Below are positions 1-11,142 of a DNA stretch of 64,000 nucleotides, one piece after another. The DNA lies in the NCBI GenBank assembly GCA_002633005.1, contig NMRA01000036.1:372001-436000 (forward strand). The letters are read 5' to 3'. The translations under genes were made by a program, and so were the position numbers. How positions within the stretch are numbered: the stretch's first letter is position 1; every line of letters begins with the position of its first letter. Under the pieces are notes generated by a model. That model saw only the letters and a program-made list of their open reading frames with translations, was not told the DNA's origin and did no database searches. Source of the stretch: Phoronis australis. Taxonomy: Eukaryota; Animalia; Phoronida.

Positions 1-759
1 TAGACAGTGGCCGCAGTCTCTACTGGCACCTCCGGCTTCTGATGCAAAAAAACTAATTCGGACTGGCCGGACGCCCGTGTGAGTGCATGCCAATTCAGTG
101 TTTGCTGACAGAAAGCTGTTGTGTAGTCAGATGTTACGGGAATCTTCATTCAGACTTAAATTTTTCAAATCATTGTACCTTTTCCGTGTACGGTTCTGTG
201 GAAGAGGAACCTGGCTTAGCGGTCCCCGACGCGTAAATTGATTTGTAATGTCGCGGCTAATTCACCAAAATATTCGAGCCACTGGGTTATAACGAGCGTT
301 TTGTATTTAGAACTGAAAAATTCACAAGTCTAAAAATAATACAGGCAGCTATGCTCTCCTGTCTGTATTTCAAGGAAGAATAATTCTAATTTACCACTGA
401 ACAGACTCCCGCGACCGACCTCGGTAGGTTGGTCCGAACTTTGTAGGCTACCTACGGTACGTTCAAAATGTCTTTAATCCGTAACAACTTATTTGTTTAA
501 GAACTCAATGTATTTGTGAGGGTTTTACATCGAATTTTGGTGATTAATTGGTGTGAAACGACGAATTCAAGCGATAAGCTGACACTAGTAAGCGTTTTGT
601 TAGTGAACTGCTGGGCAGACTGTGTGAGAACCTGTGACGTCACTGGTTAATTTCAGCACCCTCATCTGCCGTCTGGGGTCAGGTAAAACTTGCTTTTTTC
701 GAGTGAAAGTACTCGATCTAAATTGATACAAAATATAATATTTTTGGCGGTATTCTCCT
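1..759 (-). mobile_element. Kolobok-like DNA transposon, terminal portion (runs off window start)
   Basis: Reverse complement aligns by eye with 52929-~53890 (shared TTTGTATCAATTTAGATCGAGTA, GTGTCAGCTTAT, CAGCAAACACT). Ends ...TATTCTCCT|TTAA at 759/760-763, i.e. TTAA|AGG on the minus strand, the TTAA-target, RR-terminus pattern of Kolobok. Confidence 0.7.
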
Positions 760-1359
760 TTAAGACGGTAACAAAAACTAATTAAATCGGGTGGCAGATA
801 CGAAAAAAAAAAAACTGTAAAATAAGCCAGAGTAATAGATTAGAAAAAAACAAGCGAAAGCTTGTAAACTGTAACTTTTTGCACAAATTAAGTTAGAAAT
901 AAGCAGTAGGGAGGAACCGGTTGCTAAAATGAATGTGCAAATAAAATGTGATATAATAAAATGAATATACAACAAATCAAATGGCTAATAGACAATAGTT
1001 GAATAGCTGAATTAGAATTGGAAACTGAATAACAAAAAAATAACGTCTACGCAAAATATGTAGGAGCCTAACAAAATGGCAGAGAGTAGCTGAGATAGAC
1101 TGGCAAAAATAATCAAGGTTAAACTAAACTATTGTAATACCATTATAAGCAATCTATACAAGGAAAGTGGTAGGGGAAAAGAAGGGGCGTGCCTAAAGTG
1201 CAAGCAATATTGACACATGTGAAGGGGCGGGGAGGTGCAAGCAATGCTAACACCTATGGGGGGTTGAGAATGTGCAGGCAATACTGGCACCTAGTGAGGA
1301 ATGACAAAGAGTGAGGAAGATTTGGAAAGGAAGCAATAAATGATGATTGACAGAGGCGG

Positions 1360-2130
1360 AAAATGAGTTTAAGGGAAGACTGTGTCGGACTTTCATCGGC
1401 ATCTGGGTTGGAAGACTGGTTCCGGGATGCCGAGGGCAACGGCGGAAGTGGCGGCGCAGATGCGGAAACTGTGAGATTTGAAATGGTTGGGGTCGAATGA
1501 AGCAGATATGACGGAGTTGGGTGTCTGGCTGCAAAAGGAACGAATGACTGGTGAGGAATCTGCGAGGTGGAAAAGGGGTCCAGGGGAATGGTTGGATAAG
1601 TTAACACAGGTCCTGAGGTGTGTGACGGGACATTGGAAAGACTGATAGGAAGGAATGCGAAGGCTTACTGAGGACGAATTGTGGTGTTTGAAATTAGAGA
1701 AAGCAACAGTCATCTATGAGGACTGATGGCGGGTGCGTCAGTAGAAGAATTTGACAGCAGAGTGCTAAAGAGTGAGTTATTAAAGGTCGGAAGACAGGGA
1801 AGCTACCGTGAATTCACCGATACGCAAGAAGGCGTGGAATACTGAAAAAAGTGGCCTTGAAGAGGTATTGTAAAGCGATATTGTAAAAGGAGTGAATGGA
1901 CGAAGACTGAGACAGAGTCAATAAGAGAGGTGATGATGTTATAGGTGATGGGTAGACGAGTGTTTGAAGATGGGCATTCTTTGGATACTCCGCGGAAGAG
2001 TTTACGGATGTAAAATGAAGAGGTAGGATCCGGGAGGGAGTTGGGAGGCTGATGGCATATATGTAGTAGCGGATTTGAAACCATGGGAGAAAAGGTGGGC
2101 GATGTAGGAAGAAAGGGTGTCGACAAACAC
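1360..2130 (-). pseudogene. Tyrosine recombinase of a DIRS/Ngaro-type retrotransposon, frameshifted
   Basis: YR motifs occur in order across frameshifts: PDPTSSFYIRKLFRG...RLPIT, FHAFLRIGEFT (1807-1839, catalytic Arg), FKH, CPV..L, GPLF, SHSFRICAATSA (HxxR box) and R*KSD (decayed GRWKS). Several frameshifts and stops. Confidence 0.88.
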
Positions 2131-5100
2131 AGGGAAAGGGGTATTTATGGAACAAAAATTGAAAAAACTTCCCACGCTGTTTTTAATTACCTAAAATTAC
2201 GTAACAAGACGTGCAAAAATTAATTCTAAATAAACTTCTCATTCTGTGAAGTGCGCCCTGCAGCGAGATGGAATGTGACGGAAGTCAAGCGTCGGGGTGA
2301 GCGGCACGTCCGATACATACTTGGGTTCTTCACAATTGAACTACCCCTCGAGTATGACCATACATTTATTGGTATTCTTCTGATGTGGATTCCAGTACAG
2401 TCTTCATATCTTTCTACTAATACGAGGTGCTCGCAACCGCTAAACAACACCACGCGGTACACAATCAGTAGGCCTACTAAGCTTGTAGTTGTGTCGCTAT
2501 AGCTGTAAACATCCACGTATTACTTTGATTCTTTAAAATATACGGAACAAAGGTTGAAAATACCAAGTAAGTGCCTCTTACCTCAAGGTTATAGTAAATT
2601 CGACGAAAAATGCATGTCATGTTTTACCGCTGAATGCTGGGAACACGGCAGAAAAATTGTGTTTCAGCAGCAACACATGTTCATTACGAATACATAATGT
2701 TGCTTAAAATACGAGTAAACGTTTCAAAAAGACTTAATTAATTAAATAAACTAGTGTTCAACATATACCAGTAACATGCTATTGGGTAATATACATGTAC
2801 GAGAAACCACTGACAAACAAACCCAGCCCATAGTAAACACGCAGGAAGATGGCGAGCGGAACGACCCACGCTAGAAGCGATACAGGCGACGAAGTCACTG
2901 TGCAGGTCCCCAACTGGGTCTAAGACACGAACATCTCGGGACATGTTTCCGCTGGAAGTTTCACGCATGTTTAAATAAGGAGATTGAGTGCACAGTCTTG
3001 TGAATTGGGATTTAGATTCCATCACGCTCAATTCAATACTTTACTGGTAAAATCAATAGGAAGTGCATATCCATGAAATGGGATATTGTCAAACGTGGAA
3101 CACAAAAGCTAATTATTACGAGGCTAATTTTGAAAGTTGAGTCTATGAAGAGTCATCAATGAAAATTCTAAGAAAACGGATTTAACATTGTCTTCAAAGA
3201 AGTTGAGTGCAGGAACACATTTGATTATATCTATAATTGTACTTTTACGGTAATTAGTTAATTAGTTATTTTTGTCTTGTAGTCCGGGTGTACTTTCAGA
3301 AACAGGATACAAGCACTTTCAGGATGACAGACCATTCCACTAATCATCTTAAGATTTTGTCTGACAAACTTCCACTCTAGACCACAGATCATAGCCCACA
3401 CAGTTGGTTTGTATGAAACTTCAAAACTCAATTCGCTGGATAACTTTCATGATTGATTGGCGTCAAAAATGTTTAATAATGGCAACACAGCGCATGATAA
3501 TGTAATGTCATTGTTGCTGTCCATTTTAGAGCAACTGGGCCCCAGATCTCTAAACTGATAATTTACAAACATCAAACTTGTAAATGTACATCCGATGCAA
3601 TGAATACACAAGGATTTTACATTGGAGGACGTGAAAACGCACAACAGTGAGCGCGCGTAAACGCAGACAGAGATTGTTAGGTGTGCATCGTGAATAGTTT
3701 CATGTTCAATATATGTCCCAAGCTGCTCAACTGCTAACCCAAACTCTGTTTCCCGAAACTAAAAGCGCAATGGATGTTGCGGAAAGGCCATGCATTTTAA
3801 TTGACTGAGACAGCAGCGATTAATGTGAAAATTGTGTACATTGTCTATAGATGAAACGGAGACTCGTGAATGCGACCTGTCGCGCTATTACTGAATGAAA
3901 AAACAACAACGAATGGGAGCTAGAGCGTGGAGCATTAGAAACGTTGCTTGTTTCACGGCACCTTTTACTTTGTCAATAGATTTGTACAAGGTCCTCTGTC
4001 GTCAAGAAAATCAGGAAATCGGATTTAAAATCCTATCGTGTGTCAGCAAAGGAATTACCTCAACTGCAGTGGCATCACAGCTGCAGAACACTAGCTAAAA
4101 CAAAGCGGTATATTATAGACTAAAACTGGCGATTTTTCGAAGTGTCAAGCTTTTGAAATTGAATTTCTTGTAAAAAATTTAACATAGGGTCACTTTTACC
4201 CGAAGAATGGCGATAAAAATAGACGCTGTTACGTTTTCGTTTGCTGGCACCGTTAACAAATTTCTGTTAATAACTTTTTGAAAAATGGTTGATAATAATT
4301 AACTTCTTTATCGTGATGCCAGACAAAAGAGCGTGGGAACGCTTCACAACGGACTAGATTCATAACAAGACTGAGCCTCGATTTACAAGCTGTGGTCGTC
4401 TGGAGTTGAAACCAAACGGGATTTTTTGTAATGGTAAATAGAATAAAAGTTTTGAGACTTGACCCATGATACAGCAACAAGATCAAACGTTTGAACAAAG
4501 ATAGGACACGTTTGTTGCTTAGAATTTCCTGTATGTATAAAAATCTTAACAAATTAATCGATCTTGCTCTAAGTATTTGATTCAAGTTGAGACCTATATC
4601 TGGATCGTCTGAAATCTTATCACACCGTCTGTGCCTCAGAAAGGATTAAAATGCAATCACTTTTATCGAGCGTATTGTGAACATATGAAAACCGAGTTCA
4701 AGAGGAGACAGTTAGTGAACAGACTGATCGCCAGCCCTGCGTTTTCAAAATGTCACTTCAACACTTCTTTGCCACAAATCGAACAATTCGCTAGAATGCT
4801 TTAGTTAAGTGCGGGTTTCTCAGGACGGGGTTACGTTCCGCAGCGCAAAACATTTCCAAGGCATTAACGGTGAGACACCTGCGCTTATAATGCATCGGAA
4901 ACCTTACATTTCTCCTATATTTCATCATTCAAGCCTCGTTTACCAACCATCTATAACTAGTCTAAGCCAGTAAGGTTTTGAGCTTACTTGCGAAATCGAC
5001 TCGATTTTTACGTTGCACATCTCGCCAAAGTCGGAACTATCTCAGTACAACGCACACAAGTCACACGACCTACAATCATGGGAGTTCACGATTTCTCACA

Positions 5101-7051
5101 GTGCGCTACGCATTAAGACCGTCCCAACACCCAAATCTCGCTGTATTTACCCCCAATGCCGCAAACATCCGTCAGGCACATTTGCTGTCTCGTTTTCGCG
5201 CCACTGGAGTTTCCCATGTTATTTGATTCCTTACAAGTTTTTCTCGGCTGCATTACTCTACTCGTCTTTCCAATGCTAACGAAGTATTACTGCTGTGCTG
5301 TGGCCTGCAACTCCGACACGAGAAAGTTTGATAAGCTAGACAAATATGCGTGAATGCGTGATATGAAATTCTTCGCTTTCCCGACATCGATGAGAGAAAC
5401 GAAAATGTGCCTGTCTTCAAAACTAGGTCACGCGCTTTCTTGACTTCGGTAAAAAGGAGAATTCTGCCGCCGTGTAATCCGGGACGGCCCAACTGGAAAA
5501 GCTAACCACCCACTGAAACATAGCACTATATAATCGAACATCAAACATATTTACATTTGCTAGACTTCCAATGCTAATACCATACACCAATTTCGACTTT
5601 TGGTTATGTATCAATCTGGAAGATTAGAATTATTAACAGGCCCATGCAAGCTGTTCTCGAAGCATTATCTGTGTAGAGATAACATGCTCCCATATAGAAG
5701 AAGGATGTAAATGGAATACAGTTTGTTCCCAGGAATACACGTAATTACTCGAGGATTTTTGCTTTCCGGTTGCTCCAAGTTGTTGAACATGAAACAAGTC
5801 TCCCGTTTCCAAATGTACACAGACAAAGGTAAAGTATTAAAAAATCTACCGAAAAAATGAAAGAAAGTGAGGCATTCGTATGGGATAAACTCCACATTAT
5901 TCCGCGTGTCGACCTCGACCTTTGGTCTTGGTGGATACGCGAAATAATGTCTCGTGGGATATTATTTCACCTACGCCAATCTCGTTGGTTTTGTGAATGT
6001 ATACCAAATTATTTTTACATGTGACGTCAAGAACAGCAAAATAGATAGAAGCATTGTTCTGTTCTAATTTAAAAACTGGGTTAACCAGTCCATATCTTAA
6101 TGAAATCCGAGCAAATGTTTTTCATTAGTTGTTACGCCTTCAGGTTTTACTTTCATCTCTGGATTTTTTCGAAAAGAGCTCAGTGTTCGCTATGGAGTTG
6201 AGTGTTTGTGTGACAGCTGAATAATAATGACGGTAATATTCATTTTCCGTCACATTGACGGTAGGCATGCGTTCATCTTGACTTTGAATGAACGAACTGG
6301 ACTTGTCTATTTATAAGGGAAATGCCATTCAAGTGACAAAATTTGCAACAAAGGGTTGTGGAGTGAGTTTATTTCCAACCAAGTATACTGAGTAACAGAA
6401 AAAATCTATCAAAATCTGACAATCAAAAGTGGGTTAAAACAATATCATGTCCAAGATGGTCTCCAAGGCAGTTATAACTTCTTCAATAATTGCCAAAGCG
6501 AAATATTTTTTATTCTAGTCTATGGTTTGTAAGGGTGAGTAACCCACTGTTATAGATAGAATGCGAAAATCGATTTCTTCTATCTGTCGANTTGTTACGC
6601 CTTCAGGTTTTACTTTCATCTCTGGATTTTTTCGAAAAGAGCTCAGTGTTCGCTATGGAGTTGAGTGTTTGTGTGACAGCTGAATAATAATGACGGTAAT
6701 ATTCATTTTCCGTCACATTGACGGTAGGCATGCGTTCATCTTGACTTTGAATGAACGAACTGGACTTGTCTATTTATAAGGGAAATGCCATTCAAGTGAC
6801 AAAATTTGCAACAAAGGGTTGTGGAGTGAGTTTATTCCCAACCAAGTATACTGAGTAACAGAAAAAATCTATCAAAATCTGACAATCAAAAGTGGGTTAA
6901 AACAATATCATGTCCAAGATGGTCTCCAAGGCAGTTATAACTTCTTCAATAATTGCCAAAGTGAAATATTTTTTATTCTAGTCTATGGTTTGTAAGGGTG
7001 AGCAACCCACTGTTATAGATAGAATGCGAAAATCGATTTCTTCTATCTGTC

Positions 7052-7362
7052 GACCTACCTACCTACCTACCTATCTACCTACCTACTTATACCTACCTAC
7101 CTACCTACATGTACCTACCTACCTACCTTCCTACCAACATACCTACCTATCTATACCTACCTACCTACCTATACCTACCTACTTACCTACCTTCCTACCT
7201 ACCTACCTTCCTACCTACCTACCTTCCTACCTACCTATCTACCCACATACCTATACCTAACTACCTACNCCTACCTTCCTACCAACCTATACCTACCTAC
7301 CTACCTGTACCTACCTACCTACCTATACCTACCTACCTATACCTACCTACCTACCTACCAGC
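7052..7362 (+). repeat. (CCTA)n microsatellite, imperfect
   Basis: Directly visible; explains the spurious PTYL ORFs. Confidence 0.97.
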
Positions 7363-8659
7363 CTATCTATATGTATGTGTACATGTACATGTACACCTAC
7401 GTATACATGTACATGTATATGTATGTATACTTACTTTATTCCAATCTGCCCTTAACTGGGTCACGTGACCATGTCCTTTAATTACAATTTCAGAAAAAGA
7501 AACACACATTCACAGCACAAGCAATTTATCTCGTTCAATCCGTTGCAAAATATTCCACCCCTCCCTGAATAAGCTAGATATATTTATACATTCAAAGCAC
7601 AGCAATGGCATTAACATCATGGTACAGTTTTCTAAGTTATCATTTCGTTTTCGTTTCATGCAACTTTAAAGGTTTTTCATAAAATTCTCAAGATCCTTAG
7701 TTTTTGAAACCCCTCATGTTTAAGTGGAACATTATGAAAACAACTCATAACAACATTTAGGAGAACAGTGGAAAAAGCATAATATCTGAAAGATTCCAAC
7801 CAGTCATTTGTGAGACATGATGCTTCTAAGTCCCTTAGATTTGAACCTTTTTGCAGTGTCTTAAACAACCTAAAAGCAATATTCACCTTACTTAATTCAT
7901 ACTCAAAAGCAGAACTTGAACTCGAATAAACACTTGCATTTCTTCGGGAAACCCTTCTATCCGTTGGTTATAAAACAACGTAAAGCGTCTGGTATAGAAC
8001 AAGCCATAGTACAGGCAGTTAGGCCTTGCGTTACTCCAGGTTGGTCTTTCTTGCCGTGCATTTGTCACACCATTAGGGCGACCCCAAACTCAGCCATACA
8101 TCCTATCAGGACGATTTGTGACTATACGGATTTTTGAATCAACATTTCAAGCTGTTTATCAGTCTCACCATCTCACGAAACTTACAGCAAGTAGTAAATA
8201 AATGACACTCACACACGTATCCCCTTGCCTCATCACAACTGATATCGAAGGCACCTTCCACGGAATGGCCATGATAGCTGCAGTTAACCCCGGGTGACGT
8301 AAATGTCATCTCGTGGGGAGCCAAAGGTTTTCAGTCCTGAACATGGCACAGCTGTCACAAGTAGATATCCAACTTACTTCGCCACCATGGCCTTTGGATT
8401 ATCAAGGTCCGAGTTATTCCAAATCTGCAAGTCTGTGATGTGAGGATTTACATCTCACTGGGTACTGTTGGCAAATCAGATGAAATTGTACAAATCATTA
8501 ACAAAGTGGGAATAAAAAGGAAATCTCAACTTAGTGAGCAATCTAAAGCGGAGCAATGACCAAGTCAGATTGCACAGCGATTTGTAATTATTATGCAAGC
8601 GGTTGCTGATTGGTTGCCAATATTTGGAGCAGTTGGACACCACTCAAATCAACAACAAA

Positions 8660-8790
8660 CAGCAAATCTGGAAAACATCGGTTTACGAGAAGTTTCAAAA
8701 TGACTTCCATATGATCCACCAAACAAACCAATTTTGGACGGGCCTTAGCTGTAATCTAGTCATTAGACAGACACTCATGAGATCCCATCT
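8660..8790 (+). pseudogene. Fragment of a large DNA-transposon transposase (Academ-like)
   Basis: VYEKFQNDFHMIHQTNQFWTGLSCNLVIRQTLMRS resembles the VYxxFxxGxHxxRRxDxFWxGLSxDLVIEQxLMRS motif I associate with Academ-type transposases. Recalled from memory, short and degenerate. Confidence 0.45.
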
Positions 8791-8814
8791 GACGGTCGGT
8801 AATTCTATGTTTAG

Positions 8815-8915
8815 AGTCCGTCCTTCTCATTTTGGTCCCGTCCTTCCCATCACAACACTGTCCTTCCCATTTAATGTCCATCCTTGTCATTATTTGGTCC
8901 ACTCTTCCCATTTGA
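8815..8915 (+). repeat. Degenerate ~21-bp tandem repeat (GTCCTTCCCAT core)
   Basis: About five diverged GTCCTTCCCAT-like units. Confidence 0.6.
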
Positions 8916-9194
8916 AGCCTCGCCCTTCCTGCTTGTTATGCAAGCTTCCTATTACTTGGGTCTTCACTCCCCCTTTGGAAGGCCAGTAGTTCCCATCTCT
9001 TGTCCGCCCGTCCAGTTTTTGGGTCTTTGCTTTCTATATCAAATCCATGTTTTCCTTTGCACGAGGAAGTCTGTAGGAGTTCCTTTTGATTAGTTGACTG
9101 CAGTGCGGAAAAATGAAGTATAAAAAGAGAAAGCCATGTAGGCAACTATATGTACATTTAACTTGTTCTCCATTTCGACATATGTGAGTTAATA

Positions 9195-9402
9195 GGTTAG
9201 GCAAGTAAGTAAAGTAAGTAAGTAAGAAGGTATGTAAAAAAGCGAATACGTAAGTAATCATGTAGGTAGGTATGTAGATATGTATGTAGGTAGGTATGTA
9301 TGTATGTAGGTAGGTAGGTAGGTATGTATGTATGTAGGTAGGTAGGTAGGTAGGTAGGTAGGTAGGTAGGTAGGTAAAGAAGTAAGTAAGTAAGTAAGTA
9401 AA
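9195..9402 (+). repeat. (TAGG)n/(TATG)n/(TAAG)n microsatellite
   Basis: Directly visible. Confidence 0.97.
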
Positions 9403-9926
9403 TCATGATTTAAAACAAATTAATATTTTAATTAATTAAAATTGAAATAATTAAGCGCCTATGTCAGCAAGTGAGCGAGCTAGTGTTGGAAAGTCAGTGA
9501 ATAATTAAGTATGGCAGTGGCAGGTTAGTGATACTCCATGGTAAGTATGGATGCGGCTATACTAGCAAAAGAAAGTCTCTTAGGAAAATACTCCCGAAAA
9601 GGTTCGCAAGCCAATTGCGCCACTTTGTTACTTAAGGAGTTTAAAGTAGTGGAATGTAACTGTTTACGCTACTATTAAAACTATTCTAATGAAAATAATA
9701 ATAAAGATTTTATTGACCTCGATTAAAAACAAAAGTGCCTATAACAAACGCAAACATGAGATCGCAGCGATAACTGTTGGAACCAGGTAATCTAAATCCT
9801 GAGGAGATATTAAGTAAATAAATTGATGGTGATGACGAAGTATCCACGTATGTGCATCGAAGAAACATATTTTTACGATTTCAGGTAAGAAGGAAGAAAA
9901 CAGACGGAAGAAATACTGAAAGAAGA

Positions 9927-10538
9927 ATGAAAAGTACATCTGCACCAATTGTTGTCTTTCTGTTAGTAGCAATAATTCTGGCGCTTACAACTATGGAATG
10001 TAACGCATCCAAACAGAAACAGAAAGGCAAAGTTCAATTGTCAGTGCGACACGATTTAAGTTTATTAGCTAAACTGCTTTCGTATCACAAGACGCGCCGC
10101 TTTCAAAGTGAAATGCGCCAAAATTTAAATAAAGCAGGCAAACGTTCCGTGGACAAGGTGTCAGCCAGAGGAGCAGTGCCACACCACGGATTGTTTAGAC
10201 ATCGACCACTTTCGATTTCAGCTCCAGCAGTTCCATTGTCCGACATGTTACGCAAAAGTGGTATCAATGCCAAACAGCTTCTTCGGATGGTCGGAGAGCG
10301 ATCAGTATCACGTGATAAAGAAATCAAAGACGAAGAATCTGACATGACTGTGTCAGAAAAAGACGACAAAGATCAGAACAAAAATACCTTATCACCAGAA
10401 GAAGAGGGACTTCTATACGAATCTGTTAAGCAGTTCATTCTATACAACTTAGAAGACTTTGTACATTTTATGTCAAACAGCACAGGAAAAAAAACTGTGA
10501 CTGGTGTTTCCGTGGAAATTAAAAATAGTAGAGCCTAA
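9927..10538 (+). CDS. Neuropeptide precursor, CRH/DH44/egg-laying hormone (ELH)-like, 203 aa
   Basis: Uninterrupted ORF. Hydrophobic signal peptide MKSTSAPIVVFLLVAIILALTTMECNA, then ...VQLSVRHDLSLLAKLLSYHKTRRFQSEMRQNLNKA-GKR (amidation plus dibasic cleavage), which follows the ELH pattern (Aplysia ELH ISINQDLKAITDMLL...LRQRLLEK-amide). Second related segment PLSISAPAVPLSDMLRKSG...LLRMV-GER, then an acidic spacer. Preceded by splice acceptor TTTTACGATTTCAG (ends 9884); first downstream AATAAA at 11391. Confidence 0.82.
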   Translation: MKSTSAPIVVFLLVAIILALTTMECNASKQKQKGKVQLSVRHDLSLLAKLLSYHKTRRFQSEMRQNLNKAGKRSVDKVSARGAVPHHGLFRHRPLSISAPAVPLSDMLRKSGINAKQLLRMVGERSVSRDKEIKDEESDMTVSEKDDKDQNKNTLSPEEEGLLYESVKQFILYNLEDFVHFMSNSTGKKTVTGVSVEIKNSRA

Positions 10539-10783
10539 TGAAAAACCTGCAATGGGTGCAATTCGGTTTTCACTTCGTCTTAATGGCACACAGGGGAGAC
10601 CATACACTGGTTTCATCAGAGAGTTGTGTCTGTGATTACGAGCATGCGTGCTTGCATATATGGCGTAAATAGGGGCGTGTGGTGTGCGTGCTTGAGCATC
10701 CATGGACAGCGGCTGTTTGTTCTTTGCATTAGGTCTTTGTAGTTGAAGTAAGCCTCTCGATGTGGTTTTACACACCGGTAACC

Positions 10784-11142
10784 GGGGTCTAATCTTTTTA
10801 CTCGAAGTCGAACTGGAGATTATTTTTGGCATTTTCCATTCTACTTTTCATCATTCTATGCTCGAGTGAGTAATGGCTCACGCGAATAATTGTGTAATCC
10901 TAGTTTGCACTTGATGACACCGGCATTAAGGTTAAAATTGCGAGTTTTGACTCGAAATGTCGATTTTTTACTCGAAATTGTAGCTTGAGCCTAGGGCGAT
11001 ATTGGAATAGACATTCACATGCATAAACCATATTGTACTCTAGAACAGACTAACAGACACTTATCTTGAGTTCGCACAAATACAGATCGGAAAATGCTAA
11101 AAATAATTAGGAGTTTGATTTTGAGAACAGAAGTTAGACCCC
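10784..11142. mobile_element. Palindromic MITE (PIF/Harbinger-like), same family as 55701-56411
   Basis: About 55-bp imperfect TIRs GGGGTCTAATCTTTTTACTCGAA... / ...GAAGTTAGACCCC; internal similarity to 55701-56411 (TAACAGACAC..TTGAGTTCGCACAAA, AGTTTGCACTTGA). Confidence 0.7.

Noticed and set aside
4253-4585. LLYHGS motif suggesting an ADP-ribosyltransferase/PARP
   Set aside because: Isolated motif in an AT-rich, low-quality ORF with no other ART motifs.
6129-7052. Near-perfect 462-bp tandem duplication (6129-6590 / 6592-7052)
   Set aside because: The copies are separated by a single N and differ at only about three positions, typical of an unmerged allelic contig overlap rather than a real duplication.
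6985-7468. PTYL-repeat ORFs (also 9197-9406)
   Set aside because: Translations of the CCTA/TAGG microsatellites.
10595-10620. Minus-strand CTGATGA followed by a short hairpin
   Set aside because: No GAAA box or stems I/III; not a hammerhead.
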